This document shows, piece after piece, positions 54,866 through 63,796 of a stretch of DNA of 64,000 bases. The number at the start of each line of letters is the position of its first letter. The stretch's first letter is position 1. The DNA is from a virus: the IMG/VR virus record IMGVR_UViG_3300025897_000009; one strand, written 5' to 3'. A program made the position numbers and the translations under genes. The notes under the pieces are model-generated. The model did not search any database. It worked only from the letters and a program-made list of their open reading frames with translations, and was not told where the DNA came from.

Positions 54866-55471
54866 CTAAAAGTATTCAACCCAACCTGTTGCTATGTACT
54901 TCTCACCACTGAGTGGTGGATTCCCTCGATGCAAATGAGTAAAGTATGCAGGAAATACAAGTGCTGTTCCTGCTTTAGGTTTAAATCGTAAGTGTTGATG
55001 TAGGAATTCTGTTTCGCCACCTTCTTCAACATCATTCAGGAATACAGACCATGCTAAGAATCTATCTCTATCATGAGTCTTGGTACCATTTTGTTCACAA
55101 TGCCAAATGTGATAACCTTGTCCAGGAAGTGTTCTTTGCACTTTACCCTCAAACACACATCTAGGATTCTCACCAAGTATCGGATGTTGTTTGACATATG
55201 CCTCTACGATTTCATCATTCATGTACTCTAAGAAACCTGCTTGGTTTTGAAAAGTAATCTTAGACAGTTCTGGACTAGGTTCTGCGAGAGTCATTGATTC
55301 GTCATCTTTACCAGTGATCAATGAATCATCATACTCTTGTCGCATTCTTGTCTGACCCCTTTCTTTGCTGGTTTTGAATGCATCGATCAGTTCTTCGCAA
55401 TGCTGATCTGTAATTGCATTCTCAAAGACACCGATAAATTCTTTCATCTCAAATGTAGTGTTTTCCATCAT
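54866..55471 (-). CDS. 2OG-Fe(II) oxygenase (prolyl-4-hydroxylase-like)
   Basis: GYHIWHCE...R.LAW...LNDVEEGGETEF...G..L.FPA.FTH.HRGNPP.SG.KYIATGW. Confidence 0.9.
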   Translation of the reverse strand: MMENTTFEMKEFIGVFENAITDQHCEELIDAFKTSKERGQTRMRQEYDDSLITGKDDESMTLAEPSPELSKITFQNQAGFLEYMNDEIVEAYVKQHPILGENPRCVFEGKVQRTLPGQGYHIWHCEQNGTKTHDRDRFLAWSVFLNDVEEGGETEFLHQHLRFKPKAGTALVFPAYFTHLHRGNPPLSGEKYIATGWVEYF

Positions 55472-56190
55472 ATCATGAGTTCCGCAAATTCTTTTAATTT
55501 AATTTCTTCTTCTATTGTAAGTTCTACAGGTTGTGATCTTTTAACTCGAATGTAGAATCTTGTTTCTTTATCTACCTTTATGTTGAGTAAAGGAAATGCA
55601 TTTGTAACATCATCTTTGATCAAAGAGTGTGGTATTACTGCATGGTTGTCTATCTTTTTTCTAAGATCAGCATCTCGTTGTCTATAATCCATAACAATCT
55701 GTGCACAAGTCTTCATCTTTTCCATTCTTTCTTCTAAGGTCCAAGAATTAAACTCTGTCACTCTATCACCTAACACTCTTGGGGTTTCCATTTCTTTGTT
55801 TCTAGATTTAAATGAAAAGAATTCATGAAAATGTGAACATGCTGAAATGTAAAAAGATTTTAGGTTCTCATAGGGATCTCTATCTATAAAGATAGGAATG
55901 TAATTGTTATTGTGTAAAAAAGTCAACATTCCTGGAACATGTTCTGGTGAAACCATGCCACCTTCTAATTTAAAAGGAGGGTTGCCTTCTGGTAAGTTAT
56001 CAAACCAACTAGAGTATCCATGTTTGTATAGTTGTACACCCTCACCACTTGCCCACATAGTTTCTGGCAAGTTAAGAAACTTTCCTTCTCTTGTTTCCCA
56101 GAGTCTCATCAGAGTTTGTGTAAGTGCTACACTAGAAGTTCTGGGATAACTCAGAACACAGTAGTTAGGCAACTTGATATTGTTCGTCAT
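55468..56190 (-). CDS. sulfotransferase-like protein
   Basis: YPRTSSVAL 5'-PSB-like loop and RDPYENLKSFY 3'-PB-like motif. Confidence 0.55.
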   Translation of the reverse strand: MTNNIKLPNYCVLSYPRTSSVALTQTLMRLWETREGKFLNLPETMWASGEGVQLYKHGYSSWFDNLPEGNPPFKLEGGMVSPEHVPGMLTFLHNNNYIPIFIDRDPYENLKSFYISACSHFHEFFSFKSRNKEMETPRVLGDRVTEFNSWTLEERMEKMKTCAQIVMDYRQRDADLRKKIDNHAVIPHSLIKDDVTNAFPLLNIKVDKETRFYIRVKRSQPVELTIEEEIKLKEFAELMI

Positions 56191-56276
56191 GCGATGATTC
56201 TACTCCAATTGTTACACACTCTTCGCAGAGGTTATTTTCTAGTTTCGTATCATATTTATATCCACATTCCAAACAA

Positions 56277-56510
56277 TCATTTTGCTCTTCTTTGTTTTTT
56301 GTCATGGTAATCTCTCACAATATATACTCGCAACCAAGCGAATACAGTCATCATTAATGTAGTGTATGTGCCTATCATGAAAGCACTTGTTATGTCCCAA
56401 TGTTCAATAATAACCCATAAGCAAGCAAGTTGCAAAGGATAATTAATAACAGTCCCAGAGAAAACAATCCAAGAGGTTTCTCTAGCAACTGACTTCTCTC
56501 TCTTATTCAA
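56277..56510 (-). CDS. small two-TM membrane protein
   Basis: SGTVINYPL...TTLMMTVFAWLRVYIVR. Confidence 0.65.
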   Translation of the reverse strand: MNKREKSVARETSWIVFSGTVINYPLQLACLWVIIEHWDITSAFMIGTYTTLMMTVFAWLRVYIVRDYHDKKQRRAK

Positions 56511-57043
56511 AAGAGTGATCCTTGGGAAGGATCAAATTCTGGGGATATCATAGACTTGAGTTTGTCTATGGTTCTTGGTGAATTACCAGAAATATGTAAT
56601 ATTCCTGTTCCACCAACATCGGTAAAAGATTTGATGTTTGACTTTCTGTCATCAATCAACACATAATCTGGTTGGGCAAAACCTCTTTTAGATCCACCCT
56701 TTTCTACGCAGTTAACAATCATGTTCGGATCAACCCATTCGTCAATCCATTCTCTTTTGTCTTTAACCACGATCTCTCTATTGATAGATCCTGTTGCTGT
56801 AAGAATCTCAGTTCTAATACCATGACTATCTTTAAGTGATCTGCAGAACTGTACCAATTCAAACATATCTTTATAAGGTTTGAGATGTCTAAACAATCTC
56901 TCACTAGTCAGTTTCTCTTTCTGAGCATCATAAGTTTCATGACCTTGTTTGTCATTCTCTATCACAGTATCTAGTCTTTCTTCAACACCAGATTTGAAGT
57001 CTGCTAAGACTCCATCCATATCTAAGTAGATGGTCTTGATCAT
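56507..57043 (-). CDS. HAD-superfamily 5'(3')-deoxyribonucleotidase-like protein
   Basis: IYLDMDGVLADF; ILTA; K..W; LIDD...N...F...GG.GILH. Confidence 0.85.
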   Translation of the reverse strand: MIKTIYLDMDGVLADFKSGVEERLDTVIENDKQGHETYDAQKEKLTSERLFRHLKPYKDMFELVQFCRSLKDSHGIRTEILTATGSINREIVVKDKREWIDEWVDPNMIVNCVEKGGSKRGFAQPDYVLIDDRKSNIKSFTDVGGTGILHISGNSPRTIDKLKSMISPEFDPSQGSLF

Positions 57044-57234
57044 AATACCATGATTCCTAAGTCAAACATTATGACTGCTAGCAAGAAACCTGTTGCAAAC
57101 AAGTAAATGCCAAAGGCAACTTGTAGCATCTTATTGGTTTTATTGATTTCACTATCAATGTCTTTCATCTTTTTGATAGTCTTATCAAAGTAGTCTTGAT
57201 TTAATTTTGTTATTTCAATTTGTTTCATTTTCAC
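57040..57234 (-). CDS. small membrane protein
   Basis: AGGAG RBS; C-terminal TM segment. Confidence 0.6.
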   Translation of the reverse strand: MKMKQIEITKLNQDYFDKTIKKMKDIDSEINKTNKMLQVAFGIYLFATGFLLAVIMFDLGIMVL

Positions 57235-57248
57235 TCCTATGTAAAATT

Positions 57249-57378
57249 AAAAAAGGGTGTGAGGTTAACAGTGGCATTTGCCCTAGTCCGAAGACTCCAG
57301 AAACCTCACTTTTGATTCTTGATTGATCCCGATCCCATAGCAGTCTAGCAGTTTTCGTTATCAGTTTCTCAATCATCA
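57249..57378 (-). ncRNA. candidate small structured RNA with its own early promoter and U-tract
   Basis: 8-bp stem 57259-66/57302-09 enclosing a cUUCGg hairpin (57285-96) and a GGC/GCC hairpin (57273-82); U6 just after. Confidence 0.5.
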
Positions 57379-57383
57379 AGTTT

Positions 57384-57413
57384 ATCATATTAAAAAAGTA
57401 CCAGTGTGGTAAA
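57384..57413 (-). promoter_or_regulatory. early promoter variant TTTACC-N18-TATGAT
   Basis: TTTACCACAC variant of the repeated motif. Confidence 0.65.
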
Positions 57414-57423
57414 CCCCTTTTTA

Positions 57424-57645
57424 TTAAAAGGGTCCATCTGGTAATTCTTCAAATCTTTTGTTAACGAGTTTTTCAATAACTGCATCTCTGTCAGTCATTG
57501 CTACTCTCATATCGAAAGATTCACACAATCCAGGTCTGCTAACACCACCATCTAATTCTCTTAGAATGTTTCCAGTGTTCATTTCTGAGACCTCGTCGAA
57601 GATTCTTTCGAGGGTTGTTTCATTTGCTAAGTTTGACATTTTCAC
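57424..57645 (-). CDS. hypothetical early protein (likely start 57639)
   Basis: AGGAG RBS downstream of an early promoter. Confidence 0.65.
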   Translation of the reverse strand: MKMSNLANETTLERIFDEVSEMNTGNILRELDGGVSRPGLCESFDMRVAMTDRDAVIEKLVNKRFEELPDGPF

Positions 57646-57675
57646 TCCTATATGATTTGTTTTCCTAGTATTATA

Positions 57676-57705
57676 ATCATACTAAAAAGTAGAGGGTGTC
57701 GTAAA
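57676..57705 (-). promoter_or_regulatory. early promoter TTTACG-N18-TATGAT
   Basis: identical to the 54833-54862 copy; T-rich UP-like tract upstream on the plus strand. Confidence 0.78.
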
Positions 57706-57723
57706 GTTTTTTATGAAGTTTTT

Positions 57724-58353
57724 TTAGATGTTCGAAGCGATATGTTCTGCGATGTCTTTGAAGTTGCTAAAGAATCTAAGAGATAGAAATTTAGCAGGGT
57801 GTTGATGATCTTTTTCTACAGAATGGAGTAAAGAGGCATCAAATATAAAGGGTTTGTATTTCGTTGCTTTTAGTTTGTGAGTCGAACCATTCTTACTTTT
57901 GATTGCGAAAGTCCAATCTGAAGATAAGGGCAAGATGAGTGGGTCTGTGTATTCATTCTGATGATCAGGAGCATAATCTACATGCCAAAGAACATGATCT
58001 CTCCAACCATATTCGCACCAAGCAAAGTCTAGATTCATATCAAAGTGTTTCTTCATGAATGACTTAACCACTTCAGAGTCTAGCATATTTACTTTATCAG
58101 CATTTGCTTTGTGTAGTTTTGGTGGATGTACAGCAACATTCTGCTCTAAATTGTAATTGATATAATTGGTTGAGAAGTAAGCATCCTTCTGGAAGTTAAG
58201 TTCTTTGGGTGGTTCAGGAGCAAACTCAGTATAGAATCGAGTCATCGAATTGGTCGCTTCTGATATTAAAGAATCTATTTCCGAGTCACTAGGACTGATC
58301 AACTTCATCTCGCAGAGGCAGTTTGCTCTGTTTAATAAGTTCTGTATATCCAT
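57724..58353 (-). CDS. putative Fe(II)/2OG oxygenase-like protein
   Basis: WHVD...LILPL...PFIFDA.LLHSV...LSLRF. Confidence 0.6.
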   Translation of the reverse strand: MDIQNLLNRANCLCEMKLISPSDSEIDSLISEATNSMTRFYTEFAPEPPKELNFQKDAYFSTNYINYNLEQNVAVHPPKLHKANADKVNMLDSEVVKSFMKKHFDMNLDFAWCEYGWRDHVLWHVDYAPDHQNEYTDPLILPLSSDWTFAIKSKNGSTHKLKATKYKPFIFDASLLHSVEKDHQHPAKFLSLRFFSNFKDIAEHIASNI

Positions 58354-58876
58354 ATTTTGCTATGTAGAAAGCATCAATAATATCAGATATCGGATGCTCA
58401 ACTGTAGTGTCTAGTTGTTTTCGTAAGTCTACACCTGTCTGCTCTGTAAAGCACTCGTACATCTTTTCTTTGTTCGCATTACCTTTTCCTGTTGCGAACT
58501 TCTTTACTGTAGTTGGTGCCACTACAATAAATGGTATGCCTGATTTGAATAGTTTGTGTTTAAGTAAACCAGTGTTCTCAGCAATGTGGAACACTCTACC
58601 TTTACTGCCAAAACTATAGTCCTCTAGCACGACTAGATCTGGATCGTAACATAGAATTTGTGATACAGTCCATGTAGCAATCCAATCAAATCGCTCCTCT
58701 TGTGAGTTGTATTCAGGTTTGATGTCACCTTGAATATTCGTCGTGTATGGTGGGTTCTTTTTATCTATCAGATAATGAAATTCACAATCTTCATACAGGA
58801 ATTGCTTTTCAGGGGATCCTTTAAAACCACAGATTGCTGGACAACCCATGGCATAGTCTATACCAATTATGTTCAT
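58289..58876 (-). CDS. RuvC-like nuclease/resolvase
   Basis: IIGIDY...PAIC; VLEDYSFGSKGRVFHIAENTGLLK; PTTVKKFATGKGNANKEKM; DIIDAFYI; true start MNIIGID at 58876. Confidence 0.82.
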   Translation of the reverse strand: MNIIGIDYAMGCPAICGFKGSPEKQFLYEDCEFHYLIDKKNPPYTTNIQGDIKPEYNSQEERFDWIATWTVSQILCYDPDLVVLEDYSFGSKGRVFHIAENTGLLKHKLFKSGIPFIVVAPTTVKKFATGKGNANKEKMYECFTEQTGVDLRKQLDTTVEHPISDIIDAFYIAKYGYTELIKQSKLPLRDEVDQS

Positions 58877-59052
58877 TCGTCGTAGAAGTTCTCGTTCTCG
58901 TCGATTCCGTCCTCTAAATCTAATTGGCTGCCACAAAATGGGCAAAAATGTAATCTGTAAGGAAGTTTTAAATTATGTTCAACAGAACAATCAGCATCAC
59001 ACTCCTCACAATGAATGATGTATCTTGTATATGTATCTGTCAATGAAGTCAT
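58873..59052 (-). CDS. small zinc-ribbon protein, 59 aa (not in ORF track)
   Basis: CEEC...FCPFCG with acidic tail; coupled overlaps on both sides. Confidence 0.7.
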   Translation of the reverse strand: MTSLTDTYTRYIIHCEECDADCSVEHNLKLPYRLHFCPFCGSQLDLEDGIDENENFYDE

Positions 59053-59327
59053 TAAGTTTTTTGTGCTTTATTTGTAAGAGATAAGAAAGCATCATAACCA
59101 CCGATCTTCTTACCTTTAAAAATAATCTGTGGAAAAGTTCTTGCCTCTGGAAACTCTTCAAAGAGTTGTTCTCTAGAGAAGTCTTCATTAAGTTTCTTAA
59201 CTTCTATAGTGAATCCTTGTGATCTTGCTAGATCTTCTGCTCTTACACAATAAGGGCAGTTGTCTTTACTATAAATTACAACTTCTGCTTGTTCTTTTAC
59301 TGTTTCAGTTTTTTTGCTTTTAGGCAT
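59052..59327 (-). CDS. nrdC: glutaredoxin
   Basis: IYSKDNCPYC; ARTFPQI; IGGY. Confidence 0.9.
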   Translation of the reverse strand: MPKSKKTETVKEQAEVVIYSKDNCPYCVRAEDLARSQGFTIEVKKLNEDFSREQLFEEFPEARTFPQIIFKGKKIGGYDAFLSLTNKAQKT

Positions 59328-59550
59328 GTTTGACCTCTACTATTCTTCTGATCGTTGTCACATCATTGTAGTCACCAAATGCAGTGTAGTCTCTTACGAC
59401 CTTTTCTTCAGTTAGATAACCATCAACCACTCTTGTGGTAATAATTTCTCTGCGTAAAACATCTTTTGTATCTTCAATACTATTAGGAAATGCCACACTA
59501 GTCATTGGTCCTTCTTGAATGTTTACTACCTTGTCATATTCTCTGCTCAT
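59320..59550 (-). CDS. conserved hypothetical protein
   Basis: EGP...AF; VLRREIIT; downstream of nrdB. Confidence 0.7.
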   Translation of the reverse strand: MSREYDKVVNIQEGPMTSVAFPNSIEDTKDVLRREIITTRVVDGYLTEEKVVRDYTAFGDYNDVTTIRRIVEVKHA

Positions 59551-60644
59551 AATTTAAATCCTTTAAAAGTTTCATTTGTTACATCTTGTTTAATACCACC
59601 CATTACATAAGACTCTATCTCAGTTTCCTGTGGAGCATTTTGTAATCCTCTACTAGATAACCAATGTTGTGTCCATGGTAATGGATTGTTGTTTTGTGGT
59701 ATGTTGTATATAGCATCCATACCCAATGCTCTTAATCGCTTGTTAGCAATAAACTCTACATATGATCCAAGAAGGGAAGCATTCAGTCCTATCATACTTC
59801 CCTTTTGGAACAAAAATTCTGCCCATTCTTTTTCTTGCTGAACTGCTTCTTCATACATTTGATACACAGTATCTTGCTGATCTTTGATCACCTTTAACAT
59901 CACTTTGTCATTCTCAGACTTCTGATAGTTTTTAATAATGTGTTGCGATATTGCTAAATGCTGTGATTCATCTCTGGCGATCAGTGATATAATCTTTGCT
60001 GATCCTTCCATTAATCGCAGTTCTCCAAATCCAAATGTACAGGCAAAAGAAACAAAGAAACGAATACCTTCTAAAATGTTTATACTTATTAATGCGAGAT
60101 ATAACTTCGTATAGAGTTCTTCTTTATCAATCTTGTGTCCTACTTCGTATCGTCGTGCGGTAGATATAAAGTCATCGTATGATTTTGTTACAGTTTCTGC
60201 TCTTTTAAGTATTGCTTCTTCGTTGAGTATAGTGTCAAATACATCACCTGGATTAGGATATAAATTCTTTATCATATATGTATACGATCTAGAATGAATG
60301 GTTTCCATAAAGTCCCAAGCAATAATACATGCTTCTAATTCTGGAAGAGTGGTGTAAGGTAATAGAGCAATCGCTGGTCCACGACCTTGTACACTATCCA
60401 GTAGTGTTTGGTATTTAAGATTAGAAGTGAAGATGTGCTTTTGCGCATCATTGAGTTGCTGAAAATCATTTCTATCTTTTTGTAAAGATACTTCTTCTGG
60501 TCTCCAAAAGTATCCTAATTGTGTTTGCGTGAGTTTATCAAAGATTGGATATTTAAATTCATCGAATCTCTGAGTATTAAGTGCTTCGCCAAAGAACATC
60601 GGTTCTTTTAGGAAGTTGACTTTTTTTCTGTTAAATATACTCAT
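59547..60644 (-). CDS. nrdB: ribonucleotide reductase class Ia beta subunit
   Basis: FWRPEEV; LLDSVQGR; ETIHSRSY; LEGIRF.VSFAC; IARDE..H; APQETE. Confidence 0.97.
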   Translation of the reverse strand: MSIFNRKKVNFLKEPMFFGEALNTQRFDEFKYPIFDKLTQTQLGYFWRPEEVSLQKDRNDFQQLNDAQKHIFTSNLKYQTLLDSVQGRGPAIALLPYTTLPELEACIIAWDFMETIHSRSYTYMIKNLYPNPGDVFDTILNEEAILKRAETVTKSYDDFISTARRYEVGHKIDKEELYTKLYLALISINILEGIRFFVSFACTFGFGELRLMEGSAKIISLIARDESQHLAISQHIIKNYQKSENDKVMLKVIKDQQDTVYQMYEEAVQQEKEWAEFLFQKGSMIGLNASLLGSYVEFIANKRLRALGMDAIYNIPQNNNPLPWTQHWLSSRGLQNAPQETEIESYVMGGIKQDVTNETFKGFKL

Positions 60645-61509
60645 CTATAATTGGTTCGTTTGTATAAGGGTCTGTAATGTCTGCACATGCTCGCATTGCT
60701 ACTTCACCTTTTTCTTGTAACATATCTCCATATATGGTTTTTTCTTTTTCTGCTATAGTGGAATAGTTATGATCATCATAAACACTTTCTCTACCATCGT
60801 ATCTTAATGATTCACACCCTCTATATAGAGGTCCATTGGCATCAACATAGTGTGCAAAGATATGTCTTGAGAATTTTCCTACTAACTTATCTCTCCAGTG
60901 TATAGCATTACATCCTTGATATGCTAATACATCTCCAGGTTCTAAGAATACTCTTTTGGCACCCATCGCAAACCTTTCTTCAAAGTTTTTTTGTTGTACA
61001 TATTCCCATGCTTCTTGGTAATCAACACCCACATAGTTCTTATCACCGAGTACCCATATTGACCATGGTTTCTTATCGTCAGTTTCATATTCTATTGGAA
61101 ATGTCATTGACACTTCACAACTAGGTCGATCTGTATGGGCAAACAGTCTAGCATCTCGATAGTAAGTCCTACCAAAACTATATGTTGGTACTAAAGACAA
61201 TTCTAATGCTTCTTGTAAAGGTTTCTTCAACATGATGAGCATTGACTCACCAAAAGGAACATTTGCCATGTTCTCAGATACATACTCGGTTTGTTCTCTA
61301 CCATGAGGTGTAGGAACTACTGATTTCTCTTCATCCAAACCCATACCCCATTGTTCTGAGTTTTCAGTTCTTCTCCAACTATGTTTTGCAAACTCAATCA
61401 TCCCTTCGGGAATAAAGTTTTTTAACACAACATATCGATTAGTTCTAAAAGATAAAGCAGTATCAGACATTCCTGAGTGATCTAATACTTTAGATATTGC
61501 ACGCATCAC
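60631..61509 (-). CDS. 2OG-Fe(II) oxygenase inserted between nrdA and nrdB
   Basis: LVPTYSFGR.Y....L..HTDRPSCEVS...EPGD...YQGC...HWR...F.HYVD. Confidence 0.82.
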   Translation of the reverse strand: MMRAISKVLDHSGMSDTALSFRTNRYVVLKNFIPEGMIEFAKHSWRRTENSEQWGMGLDEEKSVVPTPHGREQTEYVSENMANVPFGESMLIMLKKPLQEALELSLVPTYSFGRTYYRDARLFAHTDRPSCEVSMTFPIEYETDDKKPWSIWVLGDKNYVGVDYQEAWEYVQQKNFEERFAMGAKRVFLEPGDVLAYQGCNAIHWRDKLVGKFSRHIFAHYVDANGPLYRGCESLRYDGRESVYDDHNYSTIAEKEKTIYGDMLQEKGEVAMRACADITDPYTNEPIIDEYI

Positions 61510-63796
61510 ATTCCTCAGGATCCTCTACTTGAAATGGATCCGCAGTTTTATTTAGTGTTTGTTCTTCTTCAACACTGTCGTCTGTTTTCATATCGTAAGT
61601 GTTTTGATAGTAAGATGTTTTCCATCCATACTTATATGTATTGAGTAAGTCGGTCGCCATCATTGAGATAGGAACTTCATTGTTCTCATAGTTCTCAGGG
61701 TTGTATGACCAATTACCTGAGATCCCTTGATCAAAGAACTTCTGCATTACAGATACAACCTTGATGTATCCATCATTATCAGGCATGTCCCATAACAAAG
61801 TGTAATAAGACATTAACTTTTTATATCCTGGAACTATTTGCTTGAGAGGTCCTTTCTTTGATTTTTTAACAGATAAGAAATCTCTTGGGGGTTCGATACC
61901 ATTGGTTTCGTTAGATACCACTGAAGATGACTCACTAGGCATCTGTGCTGTAAGTGTAGAATGTCGTAAACCAAAATCTTTAATATTAGCACGCAATGCT
62001 TCCCAATCACATTTGTATTCAGGTTTAACTAATTCATCGACTTCTTTCTTATAGTGATCAATAGGCAGTAATCCTTCTGAGTATTTGGTTCTATCGTACC
62101 CATCACACGCACCTCTTTCTCTTGCTAGATCATTAGATGCTTTGAGTAGATTGTATTGAAATGCTTCTGTAAGTTCGTGTACAACTTTGTGTGCTTCTGG
62201 ATCAGAATACTTTACTTTATGTCTTGCTAGATAATGTGCTAATCCTATGTATCCTATTCCTAAACTTCTTCTAGACTTAGTAGATCTTTCTGCTGCGATA
62301 ACTGGATATTGCTGATAATCGATAACTTCTTCTAGACCTCTTACTGCCAAATCACAAAGATTAGGCAATTCAGATAGATCGTCTTTAAGTGTGCCCACAT
62401 TAATAGCAGATAAAATGCATAAAGCAATCTCACCCTGTCCGTCAATGTGGTCTATAGGAACTGTGGGTAAGGTAATTTCTTGACACAAGTTAGACATGTT
62501 GATTTTATCTAAGAATGAACTATGACTGTTAGAATGATCAATGTTCATGATATAGATTCTACCAGTCTCTGCTCTTTCTTTGAGCATATCAGTAATCAGT
62601 TCTCTAGCACTTACTTTCTTTTTGGGTACTGAAGTTGCTCTTTCGTACTTCTCATACATCTCGTCAAACTCAGGTGTACCAAAGGCATCGTACAATCCTG
62701 GAACATCATGAGGTGAGAATAGAGTTATCTCACCATCACTTAAGAATCTTTCGTAGAAGAGTTTACTGAGTTGGATGCTGTAGTCGAGTTTTCTGACTCG
62801 GTTGTCTTCTGATCCTTTGTTGTTTTTGAGAACGAGGACATCTTCGATTTCAGCATGCCATATAGGGAAATGCACTGTTGCTGAACCACCTCGTACTCCA
62901 TTTTGAGTGCAGCAACGAACTGTTGCTTCAAATTTTTTAAGGAAGGGAATAACTCCTGTATGTTGAACTTCTCCTCCTCGAATTTTCGAACCGATCCCAC
63001 GGATCCTACCAGCATTGATACCAATTCCTGCCCTTTGAGCAACATAACGACCCACAGCCATATCAGAACTAAAAATAGAACCCAAAGTATCGTCAGTATC
63101 AACAAGAACACATGATGCAAACTGTCTAAGAGGAGTTCGCACACCTGCCATAATCGGTGTCGGAATGTTGATTTTAAATGTTGAAATTGCATCGTAATAC
63201 CTCTTTATATAACTGAGTCTGGTTTCTTTCGGGTAATTGTGAAAGAGTACACATGCGATGCACATGTACATGAACTGTGGTGTTTCAAAAACTATGTTTG
63301 TTGATCTATCTTGTACCAGATACTTATCAACCACTTGTCGCAAACCAGCATATGTAAATTCTAAATCTCTATCATGTTTAATAAAAGAATCTATCTTATC
63401 CCATTCTTCATCAGTGTAGTATGTTATTAAATTGCCATCATACACACCTTGCTTATTGTTTCGGATAATCATGTCTTTAATGGGTGGATAGATGTCTTGA
63501 TCTTTCCATTTAGTATTAAAGACTTGTTTGCGTATAAGGAATAGAAGTAATCTGGCAGCAACATACTGATAGTTTGGACTTTCTAAAGATATAAGATCGG
63601 ATGCTGATTTGATCAATATGTTTTGTATATCTGTAGATGTTATACCATCAAAGAATTGTAACCCACTATTCATTTCAACCAATGATTCAGACACACCTGT
63701 AATACCATTACATGCTGCTGATACCATTTTATGAATCTTATCTAGATTGAGTTCTTCTTTCGTGCCGTCTCTTTTTACAATAGAAATGTTTTCCAT
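61490..63796 (-). CDS. nrdA: ribonucleotide reductase class Ia alpha subunit with ATP cone
   Basis: VKRDG ATP cone; PTPIMAG; ASCVL; SNLCQEI; MPSESSS; C-terminal CDAC. Confidence 0.98.
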   Translation of the reverse strand: MENISIVKRDGTKEELNLDKIHKMVSAACNGITGVSESLVEMNSGLQFFDGITSTDIQNILIKSASDLISLESPNYQYVAARLLLFLIRKQVFNTKWKDQDIYPPIKDMIIRNNKQGVYDGNLITYYTDEEWDKIDSFIKHDRDLEFTYAGLRQVVDKYLVQDRSTNIVFETPQFMYMCIACVLFHNYPKETRLSYIKRYYDAISTFKINIPTPIMAGVRTPLRQFASCVLVDTDDTLGSIFSSDMAVGRYVAQRAGIGINAGRIRGIGSKIRGGEVQHTGVIPFLKKFEATVRCCTQNGVRGGSATVHFPIWHAEIEDVLVLKNNKGSEDNRVRKLDYSIQLSKLFYERFLSDGEITLFSPHDVPGLYDAFGTPEFDEMYEKYERATSVPKKKVSARELITDMLKERAETGRIYIMNIDHSNSHSSFLDKINMSNLCQEITLPTVPIDHIDGQGEIALCILSAINVGTLKDDLSELPNLCDLAVRGLEEVIDYQQYPVIAAERSTKSRRSLGIGYIGLAHYLARHKVKYSDPEAHKVVHELTEAFQYNLLKASNDLARERGACDGYDRTKYSEGLLPIDHYKKEVDELVKPEYKCDWEALRANIKDFGLRHSTLTAQMPSESSSVVSNETNGIEPPRDFLSVKKSKKGPLKQIVPGYKKLMSYYTLLWDMPDNDGYIKVVSVMQKFFDQGISGNWSYNPENYENNEVPISMMATDLLNTYKYGWKTSYYQNTYDMKTDDSVEEEQTLNKTADPFQVEDPEECDACNI

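Noticed and set aside
56253-56260. TATAAATA upstream of the sulfotransferase-like gene
   Set aside because: Lies within a probable small Cys-rich ORF and may be chance in AT-rich DNA; not called as a promoter.
59547-63796. Introns or inteins in nrdA/nrdB
   Set aside because: Both ORFs are continuous and of normal length.
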